Notes under the pieces: model-generated
Database searches by the model: none
The model's input: the letters and a program-made list of their open reading frames with translations, nothing else
What the model was told of the DNA's origin: nothing
Shown here: positions 22,429 through 33,592 of the stretch, in pieces
How the letters are laid out: each line of letters starts with the position of its first letter
How positions within the stretch are numbered: position 1 is the first letter of the stretch
Origin: Basidiobolus meristosporus CBS 931.73
Lineage: Eukaryota; Fungi; Basidiobolomycota
Direction of reading: 5' to 3'
NCBI GenBank assembly: GCA_002104905.1
Contig: MCFE01000760.1
Span: 1 to 38,725, forward strand
Length of the DNA stretch: 38,725 bases
Made by a program: the position numbers and the translations under genes

Positions 22429-23705
22429 ACGGTGTAGTGGGGTTACAGTGACACCTGACAGATGTGCTCATTCCCATATTTTTCTACTTCCCTAAATCTC
22501 TACTACATTTATTTTAGTTTTATCCCATTTGTCTTACCTGATCAGTACTATCCCATAAGCCGGTTGACTATCACACCTGTCTACCTTATTGCATAAGTTA
22601 CCCCTCACTTTATGTAAGATTACTAGCTGTAAGTGTTTCTATATTAGGCAAGTACCCGCGCCAGTACCCGTGACACATGATCAACCTAACCCATTTCACC
22701 ATCCCTACCATTTCCATACCATATATGGTATCCCTATGTTGCACAGGTTTCAGGATACTGATTGCTGATTGGTTGGATGTGCTGTGCCTCTTAGAACCTT
22801 CCAGAACCTACTTAGAACATTCTTTGGTCACTCTGATGTCATTAAGATTTCTATTCAAATCCAGAACCTTCTGGAATACCAGGATAAGTAATCACTTAGC
22901 CAGTAAGAAAAGTATATAAGGGAGGCTATCCCTCAGCAATGAATCATCAACCCTTTTATCAATAGACTTGTTCCATCATACCGTGCCAGGGCACGCGGCG
23001 CAATCTGCGGTTGTAAAGAACAATTGGCTGCAATATTAAAGCTACCAGAAGGCAGGATTGTTCTTGGACAATTTTGTACTATGTGGGACAATCTTGCACA
23101 CTACGGCACAATCTGACACAATGAGGATGGTGTGGATGATTGCGCCAACTTGAAATGTTTGCATCACGTGCGCAATTGGATACCGCTATAATGGCAGGTA
23201 AAATCCGGTATTTTGATGTGTTTCTTTAATGTAAATGGAAATAAATGTGTATCACACTATAAACTACACTAACACTTACCATGTTGGTTACCCTTACTCC
23301 AATTGGACGGTATCTCAGTGGTTAATTGGTCCAAAAGTATCCTGAAGCTGGCAGCCCCCAATTGGCTCCTTGACTACTGAAAAAGCTACCTGATTTGCCA
23401 TCAAGTATCCCATTTTGCCCATTGAGCAAGTAAATCCCTGATCCTAGTGATTGGACAAGGTGTCATAGCTAGCTCACAAGCAATTGTGTAGGTGCAAAAC
23501 AGATCCAATAGCTGCACTGGTATTACAGATGATGTATATATATGCAGGGTCTTTATTTATAGGGGTTCTGTCTCAAATGTGAGACAACCTTGATATTACT
23601 TATATCAAAAATTTGATGATCACTGATTTGCAATGGCACAACTTGGATCGCAAAAAAAAAGGTTATTGGGATCATTACAAATGTGCGCAATTCAAAGCAA
23701 TTGCA

Positions 23706-24953
23706 TCATCTTCTCCTGGGTTTTTTTCTCACATGGATTACTACTGAAGCATTTGGAAGTGACTCTCTTTGCACACCTATACTACTTCCTGGCTGACTAT
23801 CATCTTGGCTACTTGTGTATTTGTAGTCAGTATTTTGCCTCCTAGTTGATGAGTGCAATGCTGCAGCTTGGCCGCACTCAATTGCTCCAACTGAACCAAC
23901 TGAACCGGCCTGTAGTGCCACGTACTGACGCGTTCTTTTACTTGCCAAGGGCTCCGGTGGTTGAGGCACTTCATGTTGGTCATCATCAGTCAGTTCACCA
24001 GAAGTAACTTGCTGATGGTCAGGCAAAACAGCACATGCAGGCACGCCTTGATGCATTGAGATGGCCCTTGGCTGAGTTCAATGTGATGCTACATGTTGAC
24101 GCAACTTGGTCCGCTCGAATGGACTTGTGACTAAATGAGCAGTTTGGCAAGTTCTTGTAGTTTTGCTCTGAAATGCACACGTTGACCCAATGCATGTTGA
24201 CTCAATGCGGGGCGTTCTGGTAAAGGGTGTTGGCGTGGTCTGGACTGATGTGTGCCGGCACGCTGTGGTTGCAAGAGATGGTAGGGAATCCAGCAAGGCG
24301 TGCTGGCGCAATCTGGACAATGTTGCTTGCGGTCTGTATTCTTCCTCTTAAAGCTCACCATCTGATTCCTCTAGGTAATCACTTACCCTCTGTCTGATAC
24401 TTTGGAGCTGTTGCCTGGATGAGTCCTGTGTATATTGCTCTTGGAAGCCACTTAGCTCTACTAATATATCACATAGTACATTAGTCATTTGAGGCAAAAA
24501 CTCATTCAAAATCTCTTTGGTTCCCAAAGTTGAGGCACAAATAGACGCATCCGGCCTGTACTATGCAAATTGCGTGCAAAATTGCTCCTGCGTGGCTTCT
24601 TTGCCAAATCCCCTCACTCTCAGCTCATTCTTGATTTCCATACTTGTCTTGTTGTATATCTTTTTACATACATTGGCTGGCATCTTGATGTAGAATTCAT
24701 GCCACAGCTTTCTACTCAAATTCTTCCATCTTTGTCAACTCTCTGAGGTATCTAGTTCTGCTAGATTAGTCAGTTGTGCCCAAATATCTGTATGAAGGCT
24801 CATCATAGACACTTGGGCCATACTAGAATCATTTGGCAAGAACTCAAACGGATCCAACATTGACTTCTCCGGTCTGGACTGCACTTGTGAGCTGGGGGAT
24901 GGGTTTTGTCTGGGTTGTACTAAAGATGAGTTGACGCTTGGTATGGGGACCAT
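23706..24953 (-). pseudogene. ORF2 of the PHIS element (~415 codons, a few in-frame stops); putative DNA-binding or accessory protein
   Basis: ORFs 24735-24953, 24078-24320 and 23706-24056 share one frame; the intervening 138 codons translate almost openly (RWKNLSRKLWHEFYIKMP...). The start is uncertain. Confidence 0.65.
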
Positions 24954-25312
24954 AGCAACAGATTTGGATGCTTATACAGCAGTATATTGGCATCAACCTG
25001 GTCTTATATGAAATATATATGAAAACTGATGTGATTGTTGAATTTTCCATATATTATGCATGATGCATCTGGGATTGCGTTGACATGGATCAGATCACAT
25101 CAATTGCAGAATTCCTATTTGATGATAGACCTATGATTAAAGCATCAATAAAAGTACCAAGGCATTGTTTGCGGATGATTTTTGCAACATAATGATGGGA
25201 TAAATGGCAATTGATGGAGATTTAACCATTATGTATTAAAAATCAGATAAACAACGCAGATCATGCCAAATCAATTCAAACCACCTCCATACAATCATCC
25301 ATCAATTTTAAT

Positions 25313-26196
25313 ATGACTTACTCATTAGAATAGTCTTTTCTCATCAATCCCATCACTACCACTGGATTTCCTTCTGACACACTACAGGAGATCTATTCCA
25401 AGTACTGTGAACCATCAACCCCAATCTACTCAAGGAGATCCCTTGTTAAGTTTCTCTGCTATTACAAGAACTATTGCCCTACAGGGTTCCATCCCACTAT
25501 CCATGGCAATAAAAGTCCTAGAAGCTTTCATTCCCAGCTGACAGCAATGGAGAACCACCTTGCAGAGGGTATGAATGACTTAGAGTAAACTTGGAATACT
25601 AGGTTCAGAAGCTCCAATAGACTTCCATATCCCAGAGTGGTCAGCAATAGGTTCCATATCAGGAGTATTTTGGATACCTTCCCAGTGAGGATTAACAGAC
25701 CTTCTAGAGGGCAGAGGCACTTTTATTCTGGCAAGTACAAGGCACACTGCGTGAAGTTTCAAGCACTGTCTGACATTGAGGGTAACATCATCCGGTTTAG
25801 TGGACCATTTGCTGGAAGTAGGCATGACAAAGCACTCTGGGTAGAGAATCATCCTGAATTCAGTAGAGGGGAGATATGTATGGCAGACTTAGCTTATATA
25901 GAAGAGGATTGTCAGAGATTAGGATGTATTCAGCTTATAGGAAGCCAAGGAATGGTGTGCTTGGCAGGAAGCAGAAGCTCTACAATGAGATATTTAATCA
26001 TTTCAGAGTAAGGGTAGAGCACACCTTTGGATATCTGAAGAGATTCAGCATATTGACAGGTAAATACAGAGGAAAGTCATATATAGGAGAAAACAGCAGA
26101 ATAGGTAAAATAGTTAAGATACTTATAAATGCACAGTATGTTCATACAAGAAGACATCCACTGAGAGAAATGTGTCTGGAGCATTACGAAGAGTAA
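25313..26196 (+). pseudogene. DDE_Tnp_4 (IS5/PIF-Harbinger-like) transposase with two stops and one frameshift
   Basis: ILDTFPVRINRP..FYSGKYKAHCVKFQ..GPFAGSRHD..MADLAYI / YRKP..YN..RVRVEHTFGYLKRFSIL. D, D and E are present. Stops at 25331 and 25586; frameshift near 25900. Confidence 0.9.
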
Positions 26197-27939
26197 ATAA
26201 AGCAAGGAAAGCACTATTCTGAGCAACATAAGTAAGATTGAGTAAAGTTACCAGTAACTGTATCATACCACTGGCATCATGGTAGCAGTTATAGTGCCAG
26301 ATAATGCCGTAGAGTGCCAGATCAATCCGGCACCATAAACAGGCTGGCACTATGTGGCACTATCCAACAGAACAAGTCTAATATAAAAACTTGCTGATTA
26401 GTGTGATAACTGCTACCTGCTGCTACCTGAACTTCCAACCCCAGACCACAGGGCACTCCCAGGAAACCATGGTGACAGCCAACTGACCTTGGAGGCACTA
26501 CTTGTGAGGAATACTCAGAGTAGGTATCTTGTATCATATTTGATTCTTTCCCAAGTTTGTTCTTGTACAGGCAAAAATACTTTTCTGTCTTTGTAACTAT
26601 TGACCACAGCTACATTCTTATCAAGTCCCTGCTGGTGGAGTTTACAGTTGTTTTGACTTTGGAAGCTTTAGTACATTGTCATCTCAAAGGATGCTGAACT
26701 CAGCACATACTTTTGTTAAGATGCCAACTAAGTTGGGGATTGTAGCTCAATATTTTTCCCTTGACAGGCTTGTGGCTTTATTCCCCTTCACATTAGATTA
26801 GAGAAAGAACCCAAGTATTCTTAGCAAGCTTTTGCCAGAGGTTATTGCACCCAGTGAGCACCCCACACACAAAACACTTGAGAAGTGTTGGATGTATCTC
26901 TCCCTTGGACCTATACACCACCACAACAGGTTCACCCTGTTGGCAAATAAGAAGAGTTTATATATGCACAAACTGCTGATGAAGATGTGGCAGTTATTTA
27001 CCTAAGTAGCCAGGAAGACAGGTTTCCTTTTATACCTCTGATTATATAGTATCTCATTGACTGCTCTATTGCTTCCCTAAGGAACAATACTCTATCATCC
27101 TTGACTCATTAGGTACCTGGTGCAATATAAAGTCAAAGTCTGGCTTAGGTACCACATGGCCCCATTTAGAGACTGAACTCTTATTGGTGGTAGTTTTTTG
27201 TTGCACATCTGTTCATGATGATACCACTGGCTGGATTTCTCATTTTGATGTTGCTCTGGAGCATGTAGGCAGCATATTCTTCAAGAGGCCATTTGCAAAG
27301 CATCTTGGCAGCAGATTTTACTACTGCAGAGTGGCTGGTAGCTGGGAGCTGCAAGTAACAGATCTATCATCATATCAAGATCAACATCTCTTCATGTAGA
27401 TGTATCATCATCCATTACTATATACTAGTAGTATGTGTACTAGTGTAGGGCAACTAGTATCTTCCTCAATAGTATCTCATTTGTATTGTGTAGTATATAC
27501 AGAGACCATATGCACATATTATAATCAAGATCACTGGTAGTACTTCATAAGTACCACTCAAAAAAGTGAAATGTCTGGAATCATTGATCTTTGGCCAAAT
27601 TGGTAGGTCTTATACATCTTTCTAATCCTCAGAGTTTGAGCACAAGGACCTGCTAAACTCCATGCTAGTGCACCAAGTGGATTCAAAGTGCTTGCTCTAC
27701 ATATCCTTAAAAACAATCATACCTATGGACTCTCACCTGCCAGACTGCATTCCAATGTGGTCAATTCCAGTGTGTGTGAAACAAGAAAACTTGGCAAGAT
27801 ACAGTTCTGTGTAGCACTTAGAGAAGGTATCCAGATGCTCCTCATGGCAGTATTACAGGTAGATTTCACTACTCCAGTACCCTAAAAGGTCCTGACTCTT
27901 TGGAAGGCATATCACAGATATGTTTCCAGATAGGCTTGC

Positions 27940-28840
27940 AGCCTACCTCCAGTCAGAGACATTGATAATGCCATTAAAACAGGAGATAGCCCACCAGTGG
28001 GCAAGATACTTTACAGGATGAGTCCATTGGAGCTGGAAGAGATCAAGAGGCAAATAGAACAGTTATTGGATCAAGCTTACATCAAACCCAGCAAGTCACC
28101 TTAGGAAGCACCAGTGGTTTTTGTCAACTGGAAGTATGGAACATTCAGAATGTGCATTGACTACAGAGCCCATGGCTCAGTTGCCATGAAGAATAGTACC
28201 CCACACCTTGAATCAACAAGCTTTTGAACTAAGCAAATGGAGCCACCATATTCAGCAAGATTAGTTTAATGCAAGTATACAACTAAATTTGGGTTAAGCC
28301 AGAAGACATCCCTAAGACACCATTTACGGACTGATTTAGACATTATGAGTACTTATTCATGAGCTTTGGCCTCACAACTCCTCCTGCAACATTCATGACT
28401 TTGATGCAAACCATCTTCTAGGAGTGCTTAGACAACCTTGTGGTAATCTACCTAGATGATATATTGATATACAGCAAGTCAGAGGAGGCCCACTTGGTGT
28501 ACATTGAAAAGGTCTTCAAGAAGCTAAGAGATAGCAAGCTCAATGGCAAGCTACTATGTACAAATTCTTGAATGAACACATTGAATACCTGGGACACATG
28601 GCAACTGGCACAGGAGTTACCTTAGACCCCAGGAAGTTTGAAGTCATCATAAATCTGAAGCAGCCCCATAGTATATCAGAACTCAGATTGTTTCTTGGAA
28701 TGGTTTACTACTACTAGAGATTTGTCAGGTCCTATGCAAGTATTTCTGCCCTTTTAACTAATATCCAAAAGATAGACAACACCTTGCAGTGGGACATGGC
28801 CTTTCAGACTGCCTTTCAGATGCTCAAGAATAGACTTGTT
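27940..28840 (+). pseudogene. Degenerate Ty3/gypsy (chromovirus-like) reverse transcriptase
   Basis: YRMSPLELEEIKRQIEQLL..IKPSKSP*.APVVFV..FRMCIDYRA..MSFGLT..PATF..VVIYLDDILIYS (YLDD at ~28449)..EYLGH..ELRLFLG. Confidence 0.9.
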
Positions 28841-29146
28841 AATAAACATACTGAAGACCTTATAGCCACTTATATAGAGCAGATAGCAACACTCAATGAT
28901 ATGGCTTGCATTCCCATATTCTCTACTTCCCCATTTTTGTAATACATGTATTGTAGTTTATCCATTTTATGGTATTGATCAGCATAATCCCAGATGCTGG
29001 CAGCAATCCTCCCTACTTATGTCTTATATAAGTTTTTTTGCTTTACGTATGAAACCAAGATGTACATGCCTTTATATTCCCATAGGAGTCTTGGAGATAT
29101 TAGAAGCCAAAGAGAGGAGAAGTAGATTATGTGGTCTTCACTTAAT

Positions 29147-29880
29147 AGACTTGTTCCGTTGGATAGTGCCACATTGAGCCATGAGTGCCAAATGATGCCA
29201 TAATGTGCCAGAGAGGCCAATTGAGCCTCTACCTGGCCACAGGGTGTGAAACATAGCTCCGCATCTTCATGCAAAGCAGCCCCTGTGTTGCACCCATTGT
29301 GTTGGAGAAAATCCATTTTTTGACCTTTTTTTTTGGATCAATGTTGTGCAGGATATGTTAGAGCGCAAGCAGATTGAAGATATGCATCTGGTACTCAATA
29401 CCCATGGCACTCTGAATCTAGCTCCTGTAGCTTGTATCATGTCACAAAAATGAATGGCACTATCTTGGTCCACTAGTACTATCTGGCACTATAAGTGCTT
29501 TGTATAGATCTTACTTTAGGGCAAATATTTAAATATAGTGCCAGATAGTACTAGTGGACCAAGATAGTGCCATTCATTTTTGTGACATGATGCAAGCTAC
29601 AGGAGCTAGATTCAGAGTGCCATGGGTATTGAGTACCTGATGCATGTCTTCAGTTCTCCTGTGCTCTTACACATCCTGAGCTACATTGATCCACAAAAAA
29701 AGGTCAAAAAAAAGATTTTCTCCTGCGCAATGGGTGAAACACAGGGGCTGCTTTACATGAAGATGCAAAGCTATGTTTCACACTCTGTGGCCAAGTGTAG
29801 GCTCACTTGACCTCTCTAGCACACTATGGCATCATTTGGCATGCATGGCTCAATGTGGCACTATCCAACGGAACAAGTCT
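29147..29880. mobile_element. Foldback MITE, non-autonomous partner of the PHIS element
   Basis: 347-bp inverted arms (29147-29493 and 29534-29880) with a 40-bp spacer; TSD AAT; termini AGACTTGTTCCGTTGGATAGTGCCACAT match the right end of 22964-26379. Confidence 0.92.
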
Positions 29881-29935
29881 AATCACTTATTATAATGTAA
29901 AAGGAGTATTTATATGTTTACATGATCTTGGCATT

Positions 29936-32482
29936 CCCTATGAAAAATAATTTGGTCCCATGGGTGAATCCAATCCGGATCATCTGTCAAGATCCCACTC
30001 AGAGACTGTCATAATAACAGCAGCTTGGAATTAGTGACCCTCCTGACATTCTTATGGCATGATCATGATGGCATTTTGCAAATTTTACAGCCAAATAAAG
30101 AGATAAAACTTGACAATTTTTGTTTGGTGCCGTGACAATATTTGCAAGTTATTGTTGCGGTCTTTCAGAACTCTATTACTATTTTAAGTGGATCCAGTTG
30201 GCCAGGACTTCCAATTGCCTTATATGGCAAGAAACTTGACAGTATTTCAACGGCCTCACAGCAAGACTCTGATGGCTTTGTTTTGGCATTATGACAGCCT
30301 GCTGCTGGTTATGTATAATGCTACCATACCAATTTACCAAATGGTATTTCCCTTTTCTACCTCCCCCTGTGTAATTCATATATTCCACTGTAGAATCACC
30401 TTTCTCTATTTGCTTACCCACTACTACCTTGGGTATTCCACATATAGTTCAAATCAAAAAAAAACTATGGCCTCCTGCTTACTAGTCTCAACAAACACGC
30501 ACACCTGCCGCAATTGACATACTTCTATCACCTCAACTTTACGGCTTTTTAGTGTGATACTTGCAAAGTTGCCACATACCTTGTACTGCTGGTAGCATAT
30601 ACATCTTGCAAACATATGCTTGGTTGTTGCCACCTCTGCCATGAATACCTCCTGAATATTGGCAAAGAACCTCTTGGTATTTAGCCAATATATTCCTTCT
30701 GCCTGCTGGATTCTAGTCCCCCTTATAGGTGTGCTCTGGCTTTTGTTTGTGTGAATTCCGTATTGAATGGGGTAGAAGTTGGCTTGTGACCACAAGTAAT
30801 CCAGCAGATCTTGGTGGAGTTTTCCTGATAAAAATTAGTTGTTTGTTGCACCCAACCCAACTTTGCATTACTTAACTGATTACCCATGCATTGGGGCTGC
30901 TTAGCTTCTTAATGCCATAGGCATAGGTGTCACCATGTGCGCATATGTCCTCAGTACTTTCCAACTCTTTCTGGCTGTCCTCCATGTGCCAACTCATCAC
31001 ATTCATGACGGACCTGCAGGTAATATTCTTGATGAGATTGGGATATGGTAGTACCTGCAACTTGACTTGTCTTCCTATCTCCTCACACATCCATTCCATA
31101 GGAAACTCCCAAAAGGTGAAGCAGGGCCCAATATTCTCCACACACCATGCAAGATGGAGTAGAGACTGGATACAGTAGCGGCAGAGATCTACACATTCAG
31201 CTTTAAGTTTGTAGTATAGCCGCTCAAATCCCATCACAAACTCCTCACACAACAGCTGCAGATGCGTTAAGTTGGCATTGGTGATCCGCTTCTGGATAAA
31301 TATTCCTACAATGTCCGCATATGACTCCCAATGCTTCCAATGTACTCTTGGAAAAGATGGCTCCAGAACACCACTTGAATAAATACATATCCAGTTCATC
31401 CAGTCTTTGCATTTGTTTTGTTGCATATACATATGAGTATTAATTGGAGCCTGAGAGAAGTACTTAGGGTAGCAGAAGCTCTGTAATATCTTGCCAATTT
31501 GTTCAAAATTCTCCGGTATCTCAAAGGGCCCATTTAGCTTGAAATGCCCTATGTACAACTTGGTCATCCGTATAGGGATATTGTTAAAAGCAAATGCATT
31601 GCTCCTAGTGGAGAGCTTTTGCTCCAACAGATACCCTCTATCTTAAGTATCTCCGGTTTCCAATTGATTCCATATTCTGGCCAATGGCTTATAGTTTGCC
31701 AACTTTGCTGCAATTGCATGCTTACTTCTGTACGTTCTCTCTGTGGAAAGATGAAGTTCTTAGTGATGGTGTTTAGGTAATAATAATGCTTGTGAGTTAT
31801 GGAGTAAATCCCCTGGATCTCACACATTTGACAGCAATACCATCCATTGTGCCCGGAAAAACCTGCTATCTTGCTGATGGCTGGGGTATCTCCAATGCAG
31901 ATAATAATATGTGCTTTTAGATGATGGCCACTTACCGTTATCCCGCTGAAAAGCATACAAAATTCATTCAGCAATGGATACAGGTAGCTATCCAGGTGGG
32001 ACAGGGATTTAGGCCCAGATACCAGTGAGACTACCATCAGCTTATTGCTCTGAAACCATAAGATGGGCGGCAGATTCAGATTGATGAGAATCAGTGGCCA
32101 GCAGGATTTGCTGATAGAGTACTTGTCTAATGAAAATCCATCAAGTGCTAAAGCAAAGGCATGGTCATACATACCTTCAAAGTAGCCCTTGCTTCTTAGC
32201 TGTTTGTAATGTTTGCCATCAAATATACCAGATATGTTTGCTCTTGATTGATACTGAGTGCAGTAGTGTATAGCTTTGCAATATATGTTGGACTGCATCA
32301 GCTTCCTCAGACAGGGTGTGACCGGAATATATCCGGAGTGTGAACAATGTTTTCCCTCAATGGTGGTGGATTCCTGACAATTTGGATACATTGCAATGGT
32401 AGCATTTTTGGATGTGAATGCCATGCAACTGTTGACACATGCCGGAATCAGGACAGTCTCTGGATCACATGTTGCCAGCCGC
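29936..32482. mobile_element. CACTA-like copy C (left TIR to transposase), interrupted by gypsy A
   Basis: Starts CCCTATGAAAAATAATTTGGTCCC; colinear with 17127-19580; homology stops exactly at the LTR at 32483. Confidence 0.88.
30454..32482 (-). pseudogene. CACTA-like transposase, copy C (best preserved; one frameshift near 31590; predicted intron 30825-30876)
   Basis: ORFs 31564-32482, 30872-31627 and 30454-30795; tnp2 motifs DGF..WP..LINLNLPP, GPK..DSYL.PL..E, GDTPAISKIAGFSGH...C..C; HLLL; SLLHLA..GP...W.FPME. Confidence 0.9.
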
Positions 32483-33553
32483 TGTGGTGGTGTATAAGTC
32501 CAAGGGAGAGATACGTCCAACACTTCTCAAGTGTTTTGTGTGTGGGGTGTTCACTGGGTGCAATAACCTCTGGCAAAAGCTTGCTAGGAATACTTGGGTT
32601 CTGTCTCTAATCTAATGTGAAGGGGAATAAAGCCACAAGCTTGTCAAGGGAAAACTATTGAGCTACAATCCCCAACTTAGTTGGCGTCTTAACAAAAGTA
32701 TGTGCTGGGTTCAGCGTCCTTTGAGATGACAATGTACTAAAGCTTCCAAAGTCAAAACAACTGTAAACTCCACCAGCAGGGACTTGATAAGAATGCAGCT
32801 TTGGTCAATAGTTACAAAGACAGAAAAGTATCTTTGCCTGTACAAGAACAAACTTGGGAAAGAATCAAATATAATAAAAGATACCTACTCTGAGTATTCC
32901 TCACAAGTAGTGCCTCCAAGGTCAGTTGGCTGTCAGCGCGGTTTCCTGGGAGTGTCCTGTGGTCTAGGGTTGGAAGTTCAGGTAGCAGCAGGTAGCAGTG
33001 ATCACACTAATCAACAAGTCGGTATATTGATAAAGGGGATGATGATTTATTGTTGAGGGATAGCCTCCCTTATATACTTTTCTCACTGGCTAAGTGATTA
33101 CTAATCATGGTGTTCCAGAAGGTTCCAGAGTTCAATAGAAATCTTAATGACATCAGAATGACCTAAAAATGTTCTAAGTAGGTGCCGGAAGGTTCTAAGA
33201 GGCACAGCACATCCAACCAATCAGGAATCAGTATTCTGAAACCTGTGTAACATGGGGATACCATAGATGGTATGGAAATGGTAGGGATGGTGACACGGGT
33301 TGATCATGTGTCACGGGTACTGGCGCGGGTACTTGCCTAATATAGAAGCACTTGTAACTAGTAATCTTACATAAAGTGAGGGGTAACTTATGCAATAAGG
33401 TAAGCAGGTGTGATAGTCAACCGGCTTATGGGATAGTACTGATTGGGTAAGACAAATGGGATAAAACTAAAATGAGTGTAGTAGGGATATAGGGAAGTAG
33501 AAAATAAGGGAATGAGCACATCTGTCAGTGGGTGTGACTGTCACCCCACTACA
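32483..33553 (-). repeat. 3' LTR of gypsy A (1071 bp)
   Basis: TGTAGTGG...CCACCACA; polypurine tract GAGAGGGGGG just upstream (33558-33567). Confidence 0.93.
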
Positions 33554-33592
33554 TCCACCCCCCTCTCAGCTTTGAACTTGGGTCAAAGCAAA

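Larger units (their letters stand above)
22964..26379. mobile_element. PIF/Harbinger-superfamily (PHIS) DNA transposon, 3416 bp
   Basis: Perfect 10-bp TIR AGACTTGTTC/GAACAAGTCT; TSD AAT at 22961-22963 and 26380-26382; DDE_Tnp_4-type transposase plus a divergent second ORF; subterminal GTGCCA/TGGCAC repeats. Confidence 0.9.
22433..26925 (+). repeat. Solo LTR of gypsy family A, split into 22433-22963 and 26380-26925 by a DNA transposon
   Basis: Starts TGTAGTGG and ends CCACCACA. The joined halves align with the reverse complement of 32483-33553, including the junction TTTATC-AAT-ATA. Confidence 0.92.

Noticed and set aside
21410-22432. Apparent ~510-bp tandem duplication or satellite
   Set aside because: Explained by nesting: these are the right ends of CACTA copies B and A, and the in-frame ORF2 reconstruction confirms it.
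24375-24395. GTAAGT..TAG micro-intron in PHIS ORF2
   Set aside because: Only 16 nt long, and the frame reads through it without needing splicing.
26240-26379. Repeated GTGCCA/TGGCAC motifs as a CRISPR-like array
   Set aside because: 6-bp motifs in both orientations with irregular spacing next to a TIR; typical subterminal transposase-binding repeats.
29267-29810. ORFs within the MITE arms (68, 62 and 99 aa) as captured genes
   Set aside because: Short, with no recognisable domain; the frames are not preserved between the two arms or in the 14635-14977 copy.
31564-32523. ORF starting inside the gypsy LTR as an LTR-transposase fusion gene
   Set aside because: The first ~14 codons are chance read-through from the LTR end; the start is non-ATG and there is no evidence of function.
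32784-33056. ORF inside LTR-A as an extra retroelement gene
   Set aside because: Non-ATG start, interrupted in the solo-LTR copy, and no domain resemblance.
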